Positions 9,368 through 17,818 of a DNA stretch of 64,000 nucleotides are shown here, one piece after another; positions within the stretch are counted from its first letter, which is position 1, and every line of letters begins with the position of its first letter. The translations under genes were made by a program, and so were the position numbers. The stretch is from Bacteroidia bacterium (GTDB lineage: Bacteria > Bacteroidota > Bacteroidia > Bacteroidales > UBA7960): contig REEA01000164.1 of NCBI GenBank assembly GCA_007695305.1, positions 5,180-69,179 of the forward strand, given 5' to 3'. The notes under the pieces are model-generated. The model ran no database searches and was not told where the DNA came from. It saw nothing but the letters and a program-made list of their open reading frames with translations.

Positions 9368-9402
9368 TATTCAATCAATTTACAGGTTTTAAAAAATGGA
9401 CA

Positions 9403-9969
9403 TTAGTTCTTTTTGGTAATTTTCTTTGGAGAAACCAGCATGATCATTCGTTTACCTTCCATTTTGGGCATTTGTTCTACCTTTCCGTATTCTTCAAGTT
9501 CCTGGGCGAACCTTAGAAGGATCAATTCTCCTTTCTCTTTGTAAACGATGGTTCTTCCTTTGAAGAAAACATATATTTTCAGCTTGGCGCCGTCTTGCAA
9601 AAATTTGATGGCATGTTTCAGTTTGAAGTTGAAATCATGATCATCGGTATTCGGACCCATTCTGATCTCTTTAACAACGACTTTTGCCGCGTTTGCCTTG
9701 ATCTCTTTTTGTTTCTTTTTTTGTTCATAAAGAAACTTTTTATAATCCATGATCTTGCATACGGGTGGATTCGCCGTTGGTGCGATTTCAACAAGGTCAA
9801 GACCCATATTATCAGCTATATTCATTGCATCGCGTATGGGATAGATATCCGATTCCACATTGTCGCCAACAACACGCACAACGGGTGCATTGATACGTTC
9901 ATTGATTCGGTGCGGGTCTTCTTTTTTTACGAAACGCTTCCTTCCTCTGGGTTTGAATGGTGTTGCTAT
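9403..9969 (-). CDS. infC: translation initiation factor IF-3, non-canonical ATA start
   Basis: The tracked start (GTG 9879) lies inside the conserved N-terminal domain ([18 protein letters not shown], compare E. coli NRINGEIRAQEVRL). The frame is open back to TAA at ~9988. It contains no ATG, GTG, TTG or CTG, only ATA at 9969-9967, which sits 8 nt downstream of AGGAGG (9983-9978). Confidence 0.85.
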   Translation of the reverse strand: MATPFKPRGRKRFVKKEDPHRINERINAPVVRVVGDNVESDIYPIRDAMNIADNMGLDLVEIAPTANPPVCKIMDYKKFLYEQKKKQKEIKANAAKVVVKEIRMGPNTDDHDFNFKLKHAIKFLQDGAKLKIYVFFKGRTIVYKEKGELILLRFAQELEEYGKVEQMPKMEGKRMIMLVSPKKITKKN

Positions 9970-10008
9970 GTTTTGTTCCTCCTGTTATTTTGTGAATAAT
10001 TTATTTTT

Positions 10009-11949
10009 CTAGAATTCAGGTATTAACCGTTTAATTTCTTCTTCAACCATCTGCACAAAATCCTCTATTGTGTGCGTACCAAGGTCGCCCTCCCCGTGTT
10101 TTCTCACAGATACAGTACCTTCAGCTTCTTCTTTCTCACCAACAATCAACATGTAAGGGATTTTGCGCGTTTCTGCATCGCGAATTTTCTTTCCCGTTTT
10201 TTCATTGCGCTCGTCAATCAGCGTGCGAATTTCGTAATTATTCAGCAAAGTTAAAACTTTTTTGGCATATTTTTCATACTTCTCGCTGATTGGCAATATG
10301 ATAGCCTGATCAGGTGTGAGCCACAAGGGAAAATTTCCTGCGCAATGCTCTATCATGACGGCCACAAATCGTTCCATTGACCCAAATGGTGCACGATGTA
10401 TCATCACCGGCCGGTGTTTTTGATTGTCGCTGCCAATATACTCCAGCTCAAACCGGTCAGGTAAATTATAATCAACCTGGATCGTACCCAGCTGCCACTT
10501 CCTGCCCAGGGCGTCCTGAACCATGAAGTCCAGCTTTGGGCCGTAAAATGCCGCTTCACCTGTAACAATCTCTGCTTTTAGTCCTTTTTCTTCAGTGGCC
10601 TCGATGATCGCCTTTTCTGCTTTATTCCAGTTTTCATCCGTTCCGATGTACTTTTCCATGTTGTTCGGATCGCGCAGAGATATCTGTACACTATAGTCAG
10701 AAAACTCCAGCGCCTTGAAAATCAACAAAACAATATCAATAACCGCGATAAACTCATCTTTTACCTGATCGGGACGACAAAATATGTGTGCGTCGTCCTG
10801 GGTAAATCCACGCACACGGGTTAGTCCGTGCAGTTCACCACTCTGTTCATACCTGTAGACGGTTCCAAATTCGGCCAGGCGAATCGGTAAATCTTTGTAA
10901 GAATATTGCTTGTTCCTGAATATCTCACAATGATGCGGACAATTCATTGGTTTCAGGAAAAACTCTTCGCCTTCTGAGGGTGTAGTGATGGGCTTGAAAG
11001 AATCATCCCCGTATTTTTCATAATGCCCGCTGACTACATATAAATTTTTGTTGCCGATATGGGGTGAAATCACAGGCTGATAACCTGCCTTTCGTTGCAC
11101 CTTTTTAAGGAACTTTTCCAGGTTTTCACGCAACTCTGCGCCTTTTGGAAGCCAGAGGGGTAGTCCCTGCCCAACACGGGCAGAGAAAGTGAATAACTCC
11201 AGCTCCCTGCCAATTTTCCTGTGATCCCTCTTTTTCGCCTCCTCCAGCATCTCCAGGTATTCGTTCAGCATTTTCTGCTTTGGGAACGTAATACCATACA
11301 CCCTGGTAAGCTGCTTCCGACTCTCGTCTCCACGCCAGTAAGCACCTGCGGTATTCAATAACTTGACGGCTTTGATGGGAGAGGTGTCTGTCAGGTGAGG
11401 TCCACGGCACAGATCAGTGAAATTACCTGATTTATAAAAACTGATGGTGCCATCTTCAAGATCGCTGATCAGGTCAACTTTGTATTCATCTCCCTTTTCT
11501 GTGTAGTAGTCAAGGGCTTCTCCCTTGGGGATTTCTGTCCTGACAAACTGCTCCTTGCGCCTGGCAATCTCCAGCATTTTGTTTTCGATTTTTTGGAAAT
11601 CGTTGCTGGAAATGCTTTGGTCACCGAGATCAATATCATAATAAAAACCATTCTCCACATCGGGTCCGATACCAAATTTGGTACCCGGGTAAAGCTCCTC
11701 TATGGCAGCAGCCATCAAATGCGCAGAAGAGTGCCACATGGTCGCTTTACCATCCCTGTCGTCCCAGGTATTGAGCTTTATGGAAGCATCCTGCCGGATA
11801 GGTCTGTTCAAATCCAGTACCTCACCATTCACTGTAACAGAAAGGACATTTCGTGCCAAACCTTCAGATATACTCTTTGCAATTTCAAAGCCGGTAACCC
11901 CTTCCGGAAATTCCCTGACCGATTTATCGGGTAGTGTAATTCGAAGCAT
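10009..11949 (-). CDS. thrS: threonine--tRNA ligase
   Basis: A TGS-domain N-terminus ([20 protein letters not shown]) is followed by a class II core and anticodon-binding domain (...[17 protein letters not shown]...). I prefer ATG 11949 to the tracked 12021 extension. Confidence 0.93.
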   Translation of the reverse strand: MLRITLPDKSVREFPEGVTGFEIAKSISEGLARNVLSVTVNGEVLDLNRPIRQDASIKLNTWDDRDGKATMWHSSAHLMAAAIEELYPGTKFGIGPDVENGFYYDIDLGDQSISSNDFQKIENKMLEIARRKEQFVRTEIPKGEALDYYTEKGDEYKVDLISDLEDGTISFYKSGNFTDLCRGPHLTDTSPIKAVKLLNTAGAYWRGDESRKQLTRVYGITFPKQKMLNEYLEMLEEAKKRDHRKIGRELELFTFSARVGQGLPLWLPKGAELRENLEKFLKKVQRKAGYQPVISPHIGNKNLYVVSGHYEKYGDDSFKPITTPSEGEEFFLKPMNCPHHCEIFRNKQYSYKDLPIRLAEFGTVYRYEQSGELHGLTRVRGFTQDDAHIFCRPDQVKDEFIAVIDIVLLIFKALEFSDYSVQISLRDPNNMEKYIGTDENWNKAEKAIIEATEEKGLKAEIVTGEAAFYGPKLDFMVQDALGRKWQLGTIQVDYNLPDRFELEYIGSDNQKHRPVMIHRAPFGSMERFVAVMIEHCAGNFPLWLTPDQAIILPISEKYEKYAKKVLTLLNNYEIRTLIDERNEKTGKKIRDAETRKIPYMLIVGEKEEAEGTVSVRKHGEGDLGTHTIEDFVQMVEEEIKRLIPEF

Positions 11950-11984
11950 ACACCTAAATTGTTTTGTCAAAAAAAATGAAGATG

Positions 11985-11992
11985 CAAAGATA
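11985..11992 (-). promoter_or_regulatory. candidate Bacteroidota -7 promoter box (TATCTTTG) for thrS
   Basis: Minus-strand TATCTTTG matches the TAnnTTTG consensus about 35 nt upstream of the thrS ATG. Confidence 0.3.
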
Positions 11993-12057
11993 ATGAAATT
12001 ATTCTTTCGCAAGATGTCCATTATGCACTTTCCCCAATATTGATAGCTCTTTTTAGC

Positions 12058-12065
12058 TATCTTTG
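12058..12065 (+). promoter_or_regulatory. candidate Bacteroidota -7 promoter box (TATCTTTG) for hydF
   Basis: Plus-strand TATCTTTG matches TAnnTTTG 62 nt upstream of the hydF ATG. It is divergent from the identical thrS box. Confidence 0.3.
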
Positions 12066-12126
12066 TAAAAAGGTTTATACATGGCCAGCCACTTTCTTAC
12101 AGGAGCAGCCATCAATAAGTGTTTTT

Positions 12127-13356
12127 ATGGGAAAAGGCAGAGAATCCAAGCCACATATAGGAATATTCGGGCGGCGTAATAACGGTAAAAGTTCGCTGAT
12201 CAATGCACTGGCTCAGCAAGAGATTGCGATCGTTTCCGACGTTCCCGGCACCACCACCGACCCGGTCAGGAAATCCATGGAAATCCCCGGTATAGGACCC
12301 GCTATCCTTGTTGATACCGCGGGCATTGATGATACCGGTGAATTAGGTGCCAAGCGGGTTAACAAGTCGCTTGCCACACTGAAAACAGTAGATCTGGCTG
12401 TTTTGGTCATCACGAATAACCATTTTGATGATTTCGAAATAAAACTGGTTGACGCTTTCAGAAAACAAGACGTACCCTTTATCGTGATCCACAACAAATC
12501 TGATGTGATACCACCCGCCGGTCAATTCATACAGTTCGTTGAAAATGAGTTTGGGGTAAAGCTATTGCCATTCTGTGCCCTTGATCCGCAAAACCTGGAA
12601 GAAGTAATTGCAGCACTGAGGCAGGCAATGCCCGAAACAGCTTACCGGTCGCGTTCGTTACTTGGCGACTTGCTCTCTTATGGTGACCTGGTTGTGCTGA
12701 TCACACCCATCGATAACGAAGCACCCGAAGGACGGCTCATACTGCCCCAGGTGCAGGCCATAAGAGATATCATCGACAATGATTGCATTGCCGTCGTGGT
12801 GAAAGAAAAAGAGGTGGATGCCCTTATGAAAACACTCCGGCCCAGACCAAGCCTTGTTGTCACCGACTCACAGGTATTTTTGCGTGCTGATGCATCGGTG
12901 CCCCGGGATATCCCGCTCACCAGTTTCAGCATTATGCTGGCTCGCCACAAGGGAGATTTTGAAAATTATTTGCGCGGCACACCAAAAATCGCTGAACTTA
13001 AAGACGATGACCGCGTTTTACTGCTGGAGTCATGCACCCATCACGTTGCCTGCGACGATATCGGCAGGGTTAAAATACCTCGTTGGATGAGCAATTACAC
13101 AGGGAAAAAGCTTCATTACGATGTTGTTGCAGGTCTTGGCGAACTGCCACGCCCCATCACCGATTACGCCCTGGTTGTTCAGTGCGGCGGATGCATGATC
13201 ACACGGAAACAAATCAAGAGCCGGCTGCAACTTGCTGTTGAAAACGGTGTGCCGGTAACAAATTACGGGATGGCTATCGCATGGATGCATGGTATCTATC
13301 ACAGAGCCGTTGCACCATTTACAATGATGGAGCAAACAAAGGAGGACTACCTTTGA
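12127..13356 (+). CDS. hydF: [FeFe]-hydrogenase H-cluster maturation GTPase HydF
   Basis: The N-terminal GTPase has G1 GRRNNGKSSLINAL, TTDPV and DTAGID. The C-terminal cluster motif is CTH-x46-QCGGC (nt 13033-13194). I prefer ATG 12127 to the tracked 12040. Confidence 0.85.
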   Translation: MGKGRESKPHIGIFGRRNNGKSSLINALAQQEIAIVSDVPGTTTDPVRKSMEIPGIGPAILVDTAGIDDTGELGAKRVNKSLATLKTVDLAVLVITNNHFDDFEIKLVDAFRKQDVPFIVIHNKSDVIPPAGQFIQFVENEFGVKLLPFCALDPQNLEEVIAALRQAMPETAYRSRSLLGDLLSYGDLVVLITPIDNEAPEGRLILPQVQAIRDIIDNDCIAVVVKEKEVDALMKTLRPRPSLVVTDSQVFLRADASVPRDIPLTSFSIMLARHKGDFENYLRGTPKIAELKDDDRVLLLESCTHHVACDDIGRVKIPRWMSNYTGKKLHYDVVAGLGELPRPITDYALVVQCGGCMITRKQIKSRLQLAVENGVPVTNYGMAIAWMHGIYHRAVAPFTMMEQTKEDYL

Positions 13357-13423
13357 TGTCAGAACAAAAGCGGCTTTCATGCCCTAATCCATTAGATTAT
13401 TGACAAGATTAACGGATTATTGT

Positions 13424-14512
13424 ATGTCACAGGATATCAAAAAAATATTACAAAAGGAAATACTTACCAGGACCGACATCATTGGTTTGCTTTCTGCTGA
13501 AGGCGATGACCGTAACCAGCTATTTGCCGCTGCCGCTCAGGTGAAGGAAAAATACGTGGGCAAAAAAGTATATTACCGCGGACTCATCGAATTCTCCAAC
13601 CTTTGTGGCAAAAACTGCCTTTATTGCGGTATCCGCGCCGGTAACAAAAAGACAAAAAGATACGAGGTTACAGAACAGGAAGTGCTTGATGCAGCAAGAT
13701 ATGCATGGGAAAATAAATTTGGAAGCCTGGTTATCCAGGCAGGAGAAAGAAGCGGCAAAGAATATATCAGGCGGATCGAAGATTTACTCAGAGAAATCAA
13801 ACGGATGAGCAAGGGAGAACTGGGTATCACACTTTCGCTTGGCGAACAAAGCGAGGAAACTTACCGCAGGTGGTTCGATGCCGGCGCACATCGCTACCTC
13901 CTGCGAATTGAAGTGTCCAATCCGGATCTTTACCCTAAATACCATCCCGATAATAAAAAGCATGATTACCATGCAAGACTCGAAGCTCTCTACCTCTTGA
14001 GAAAAGTTGGATACCAGGTAGGCTCGGGAGTAATGATCGGACTGCCATTTCAAACAACGGAAGACCTGGCAGATGACTTGCTGTTTTTTCAACAGCATGA
14101 TATCGACATGGTTGGCATGGGACCTTACATCGAACACGAAGACACACCCATGTATCAGTACAAGGATATACTGATGACCAGGGTTGAACGCTTTAACCTG
14201 AGCCTGAAAATGGTAGCTGTGCTGCGTATCCTTATGAAGGACATTAATATTGCAGCTACCACTGCCATGCAGGCCATCGACCCCATGGGCAGGGAAAAAT
14301 CCATCAAGGTAGGTGCCAATATCATTATGCCAAATCTCACACCTACCCAATACCGCGATGACTACAAGCTGTATGAAGACAAACCATGCACCGATGAGGA
14401 TGCGGAAGAATGCAAAAGATGCCTGGAAGCACGTATACATATGGCGGGAGGTGAAATTGGCTATGGCGAATGGGGCGATTCGAAACATTTTGCCAAACGA
14501 AAGCATGAGTAA
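13424..14512 (+). CDS. hydE: [FeFe]-hydrogenase H-cluster radical-SAM maturase HydE
   Basis: It has a radical-SAM CX3CX2C motif (CGKNCLYCGIR) in the HydE/BioB-like context YYRGLIEFSNLC. It is ~362 aa and lies directly after hydF. I prefer ATG 13424. Confidence 0.85.
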   Translation: MSQDIKKILQKEILTRTDIIGLLSAEGDDRNQLFAAAAQVKEKYVGKKVYYRGLIEFSNLCGKNCLYCGIRAGNKKTKRYEVTEQEVLDAARYAWENKFGSLVIQAGERSGKEYIRRIEDLLREIKRMSKGELGITLSLGEQSEETYRRWFDAGAHRYLLRIEVSNPDLYPKYHPDNKKHDYHARLEALYLLRKVGYQVGSGVMIGLPFQTTEDLADDLLFFQQHDIDMVGMGPYIEHEDTPMYQYKDILMTRVERFNLSLKMVAVLRILMKDINIAATTAMQAIDPMGREKSIKVGANIIMPNLTPTQYRDDYKLYEDKPCTDEDAEECKRCLEARIHMAGGEIGYGEWGDSKHFAKRKHE

Positions 14513-14609
14513 CAAAAAGTTTGCTTCCGGTGCTCTCAAAGTTAACCTTGCTGAAACACGCAAGGTACTTGACAAAAGCATCCAATACATGGAAAAAAAC
14601 ATGCAATAA
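14505..14609 (+). CDS. hypothetical 34-aa ORF overlapping the hydE stop (speculative)
   Basis: In ATGAGTAA, the ATG (14505) overlaps the hydE TAA (14510-14512). The peptide is MSNKKFASGALKVNLAETRKVLDKSIQYMEKNMQ and ends 41 nt before the flavodiiron gene. There is no homology support. Confidence 0.2.
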   Translation: MSNKKFASGALKVNLAETRKVLDKSIQYMEKNMQ

Positions 14610-14650
14610 TCAACAGCAATAAAAACCAACTCTTTAATTAATTTCTTGTT

Positions 14651-15880
14651 ATGAAACATGTCAAAGACCTGAAAAGACCCGACAAAGAAGTCCTGCCAGT
14701 TACCGATGATGTGAAGTGGGTGGGCGTGATCGATTATGACATCGTTACCTTTGATGTGGTAATGGAAACGGAATATGGTACAACCTACAATTCCTATTAT
14801 ATTGATGCCGAAAAAAAGGCTCTCATAGAAACATCCAAGGAGAAGTTCTGGGATGTTTACCTGGAAAAACTAAAAAAGGTGGGTGATCCTGCAGAAATCC
14901 AGTTTATAGTATTAAACCACACAGAGCCTGATCATAGCGGAAACCTGGCCAATATGCTAAAAGTTGCACCCAATGCAACGGTTGTTGGCAGCAGGCTGGC
15001 CATTCAATACCTTAAGGATTTCCTTGGAACTGAATTTAAACACCTTGTTGTAAAGGACGGAGATACCCTGGACCTGGGAAACAAAACACTGCGTTTTATC
15101 TCTGCACCTAACCTTCACTGGCCCGATAGTATGTACACCTACCTGGAAGAAGACAAACTTTTGTTTACATGTGATTCTTTCGGCTGTCATTACGCGCATC
15201 CCGACATGTATGATGACAAAGTGGGAGACTTCAGTGATGCCTTCAGGTATTATTTTGATGTGATCCTCAAACCCTTCAGCAAATTTATGCTCAAGGCCAT
15301 TGACAAGATCAGACCCTTGGAAATCAATGGAGTGCTTACAGGTCACGGACCCTTGCTGTTAAAGGACTGGAAAAAATGGGTGGACCTGTCGGAGGAGTAT
15401 GCCAGGGTTGCATTGCAAACGCCGCAGGATAACTATGTCTTTATCCCTTATGTGTCAGCTTATCATAATACGGGTAAAATGGCCGAAGCGATCCGTGAAG
15501 GGATCATGAGTGCCGGTGATTTTACCGTTGAAGTGGCTGACATAGAAACCATGCCTTTGGGAGATGTGGATGAGAGAGTGGCCAAAAGCAGCGCCATTAT
15601 CGTGGGGTGCCCCACCATCAATCAAAATATTCTGCTTCCTGTTTACAAGTTATTTGCTGTGATCAGCCCGATACGGGACAACCGGAAAATCGGCGGATCT
15701 TTCGGGTCTTATGGATGGAGCGGAGAAGCAGGAAAATTAATCAACACCACATTGAGCAACCTCAAACTTAACGTACACGGTGATGGTGTTTTTGTGAAGT
15801 TCACACCGCACGAAAATGAGTTTGAGCTTTGTTTTAATTATGGAAAAGAAATTGGGGAGAAGCTTGCTGCTGCATCGTAG
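14651..15880 (+). CDS. flavodiiron protein (FprA / A-type flavoprotein; O2 or NO reductase)
   Basis: A metallo-beta-lactamase-like diiron domain carries HTEPDHSG, and the C-terminal flavodoxin-like domain carries (...VGCPTINQN...GSYGWSGEA). The protein is 409 aa. Confidence 0.88.
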   Translation: MKHVKDLKRPDKEVLPVTDDVKWVGVIDYDIVTFDVVMETEYGTTYNSYYIDAEKKALIETSKEKFWDVYLEKLKKVGDPAEIQFIVLNHTEPDHSGNLANMLKVAPNATVVGSRLAIQYLKDFLGTEFKHLVVKDGDTLDLGNKTLRFISAPNLHWPDSMYTYLEEDKLLFTCDSFGCHYAHPDMYDDKVGDFSDAFRYYFDVILKPFSKFMLKAIDKIRPLEINGVLTGHGPLLLKDWKKWVDLSEEYARVALQTPQDNYVFIPYVSAYHNTGKMAEAIREGIMSAGDFTVEVADIETMPLGDVDERVAKSSAIIVGCPTINQNILLPVYKLFAVISPIRDNRKIGGSFGSYGWSGEAGKLINTTLSNLKLNVHGDGVFVKFTPHENEFELCFNYGKEIGEKLAAAS

Positions 15881-15897
15881 CAGGTTCTCAAACGCTA

Positions 15898-16773
15898 ATG
15901 TTATACCTGTATATCAAAAATTTGCCTGACATTTTGAAAAAAAAGAACACCCTATGGCTATGGTTATGGCTGCTTGCACTTCTTGCCGGATGTGCAAGCA
16001 GCATCCGGTATGCCAACCGGTTTGTTATTGAAGAAACAAATCTCCACATCTTGGTGCTACCCCCGGCAAGCCTGCTAAAAACTTACAGCCCGGAACATCC
16101 CGACAGCCTGTCGCCTCATGAATTGCGGGAAACTGATATGGGAGAAGCAAAGTTTCTTGACCAGATCAATGACTCACTATTTATTGACAGATTTATTCAA
16201 TCGTTGAAAGTTCATCTTGAATTGCTGTACATCAATTATTATGGGCCTGAAGATGCCGAAGCATTTTTCGCACTTGAAGATCCAGCTTATGTATTTACCC
16301 TGGCACAAATGGAGCTCATTGAGTATCGCGATGAAGAAATATTTATTGGACGCTCCGGATTTGACCGATATATCGGGAAAGCAGAAATAACCGTTGTGGA
16401 AAACAACCAGTGGTTTGAATTTTATAAAGTACATGATCCTGATTTTGACATGCAGGTTCTCTTCAGTGCCAATGCAACAGGCGACTATGTTGAGGGACGG
16501 TTTGTCAGGATGTCTGACGGGCGCGTACGATTTGATCCCACCAGATACCCCTTGTCACTGGAAGACTTGTATGACCTGGCATATAATTCAGGTCAGCTCA
16601 GTGCCCAAAAGATATTCGACCATTTGATGAATCTGTACGTAAGGGAGCATATGGGACGACAAGTTGACGGCTATTACAGGTATGACATGGAAAGACACCA
16701 GATCCTAAAAACAGGTGATCCACCTTTTATCCCCATTGAAAAGGCCGAACCCGCAGATGGTGATCAAGACTGA
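15898..16773 (+). CDS. hypothetical lipoprotein
   Basis: There is a lipobox-type signal (LWLWLWLLALLAGCASS). I recognise no family. The 3' end overlaps the tsaD 3' end by 10 nt. Confidence 0.65.
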   Translation: MLYLYIKNLPDILKKKNTLWLWLWLLALLAGCASSIRYANRFVIEETNLHILVLPPASLLKTYSPEHPDSLSPHELRETDMGEAKFLDQINDSLFIDRFIQSLKVHLELLYINYYGPEDAEAFFALEDPAYVFTLAQMELIEYRDEEIFIGRSGFDRYIGKAEITVVENNQWFEFYKVHDPDFDMQVLFSANATGDYVEGRFVRMSDGRVRFDPTRYPLSLEDLYDLAYNSGQLSAQKIFDHLMNLYVREHMGRQVDGYYRYDMERHQILKTGDPPFIPIEKAEPADGDQD

Positions 16774-17780
16774 TAACGTGTAAAAGGCACAGTGTCTAAT
16801 GGCGCGAAGTCTTTTTGAAGATATTTGAAATAACCGGAAATCGCGATCATGGCTGCATTGTCTGTACAATACTCAAAGCGTGGTATGTAAACCTTCCATT
16901 TTCCGGCCGTTTCCTCTTCCTGTAATGCTTTTCTGAGGCCGGAGTTGGCTGATACTCCGCCGGCTATGGCAATGTGTTGTATGCCTGTTTGCCGGGCTGC
17001 CAGATGCAGTTTCTTCATCAAAATCTGTATGATATTTGACTGAATGGAGGCTGCAAGATCCTGGAGGTTCTTTTCTATGAAAGCGGGATCTTGTTTCAAT
17101 TGATCCCGAAGGAAGTATAAAATAGATGTTTTGAGTCCGCTGAAACTGTAATCAAGACCGCTTACCTGGGGATGAGGGAAGGGAAAAGCATCGGGATTAC
17201 CCAAATTTGCATGCCGGTCGATTAAAGGCCCGCCAGGGTAGGGCAGTCCCATGATCTTTGCAGCCTTATCAAAAGCTTCACCGGCAGCATCATCAATGGT
17301 TTGTCCAATTACCTCCATAGAATAAGGACTTTTAACAAGAACAATCTGGGTGTGTCCTCCTGATACGGTTAAACAGAGAAAGGGGAAAGGTGGATGAACT
17401 TTCTGCAGTTCATCTTCAATAAAAAGTGCATGAATATGGGCATGCATATGGTTTACGGTTATCATCGGAATACCCAAAGCTAATGCAAATGATTTGGCAA
17501 AAGATGTACCAACCAGAAGAGAACCCAGCAAACCGGGACCATTGGTAAAAGCAACCGCATGTAATTGTTTTTTATGTATCTTTGCTTGTTTTAAAGCATT
17601 GTCTATAACAGGAATAATATTCTGTTGATGAGCCCTGGATGCCAACTCAGGCACAACGCCCCCGAAGTTTTTATGGACATCCTGATTAGCAACCAGGTTG
17701 GCAAGAATTTTGCGGTCTTGAAGAACCGCAGCAGAAGTATCATCGCAGGAGGATTCAATTCCCAGAATAAATGTGCTCAT
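16764..17780 (-). CDS. tsaD: tRNA N6-adenosine threonylcarbamoyltransferase TsaD (Kae1/Gcp)
   Basis: ILGIESSCDDTSAAV... and HMHAHI (metal-binding His pair) are present, followed by a GGVSAN motif. The protein is 338 aa. Confidence 0.93.
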   Translation of the reverse strand: MSTFILGIESSCDDTSAAVLQDRKILANLVANQDVHKNFGGVVPELASRAHQQNIIPVIDNALKQAKIHKKQLHAVAFTNGPGLLGSLLVGTSFAKSFALALGIPMITVNHMHAHIHALFIEDELQKVHPPFPFLCLTVSGGHTQIVLVKSPYSMEVIGQTIDDAAGEAFDKAAKIMGLPYPGGPLIDRHANLGNPDAFPFPHPQVSGLDYSFSGLKTSILYFLRDQLKQDPAFIEKNLQDLAASIQSNIIQILMKKLHLAARQTGIQHIAIAGGVSANSGLRKALQEEETAGKWKVYIPRFEYCTDNAAMIAISGYFKYLQKDFAPLDTVPFTRYQS

Positions 17781-17818
17781 ATTATATCAAATGCTTGATG
17801 TGATATCATAGTAATTAG

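Noticed and set aside
13356-13403. 15-codon ORF (MSEQKRLSCPNPLDY) overlapping the hydF stop, 10 nt after an AGGAGG
   Set aside because: It is too short to support. The AGGAGG lies within hydF coding sequence (KEED codons), and SD usage is not expected in this phylum.
13784-14659. 291-aa ORF antisense to hydE
   Set aside because: It lies entirely opposite a well-supported radical-SAM gene. Its composition is rich in F, H and C with low complexity, which is typical of shadow ORFs, and it has no recognisable motif.
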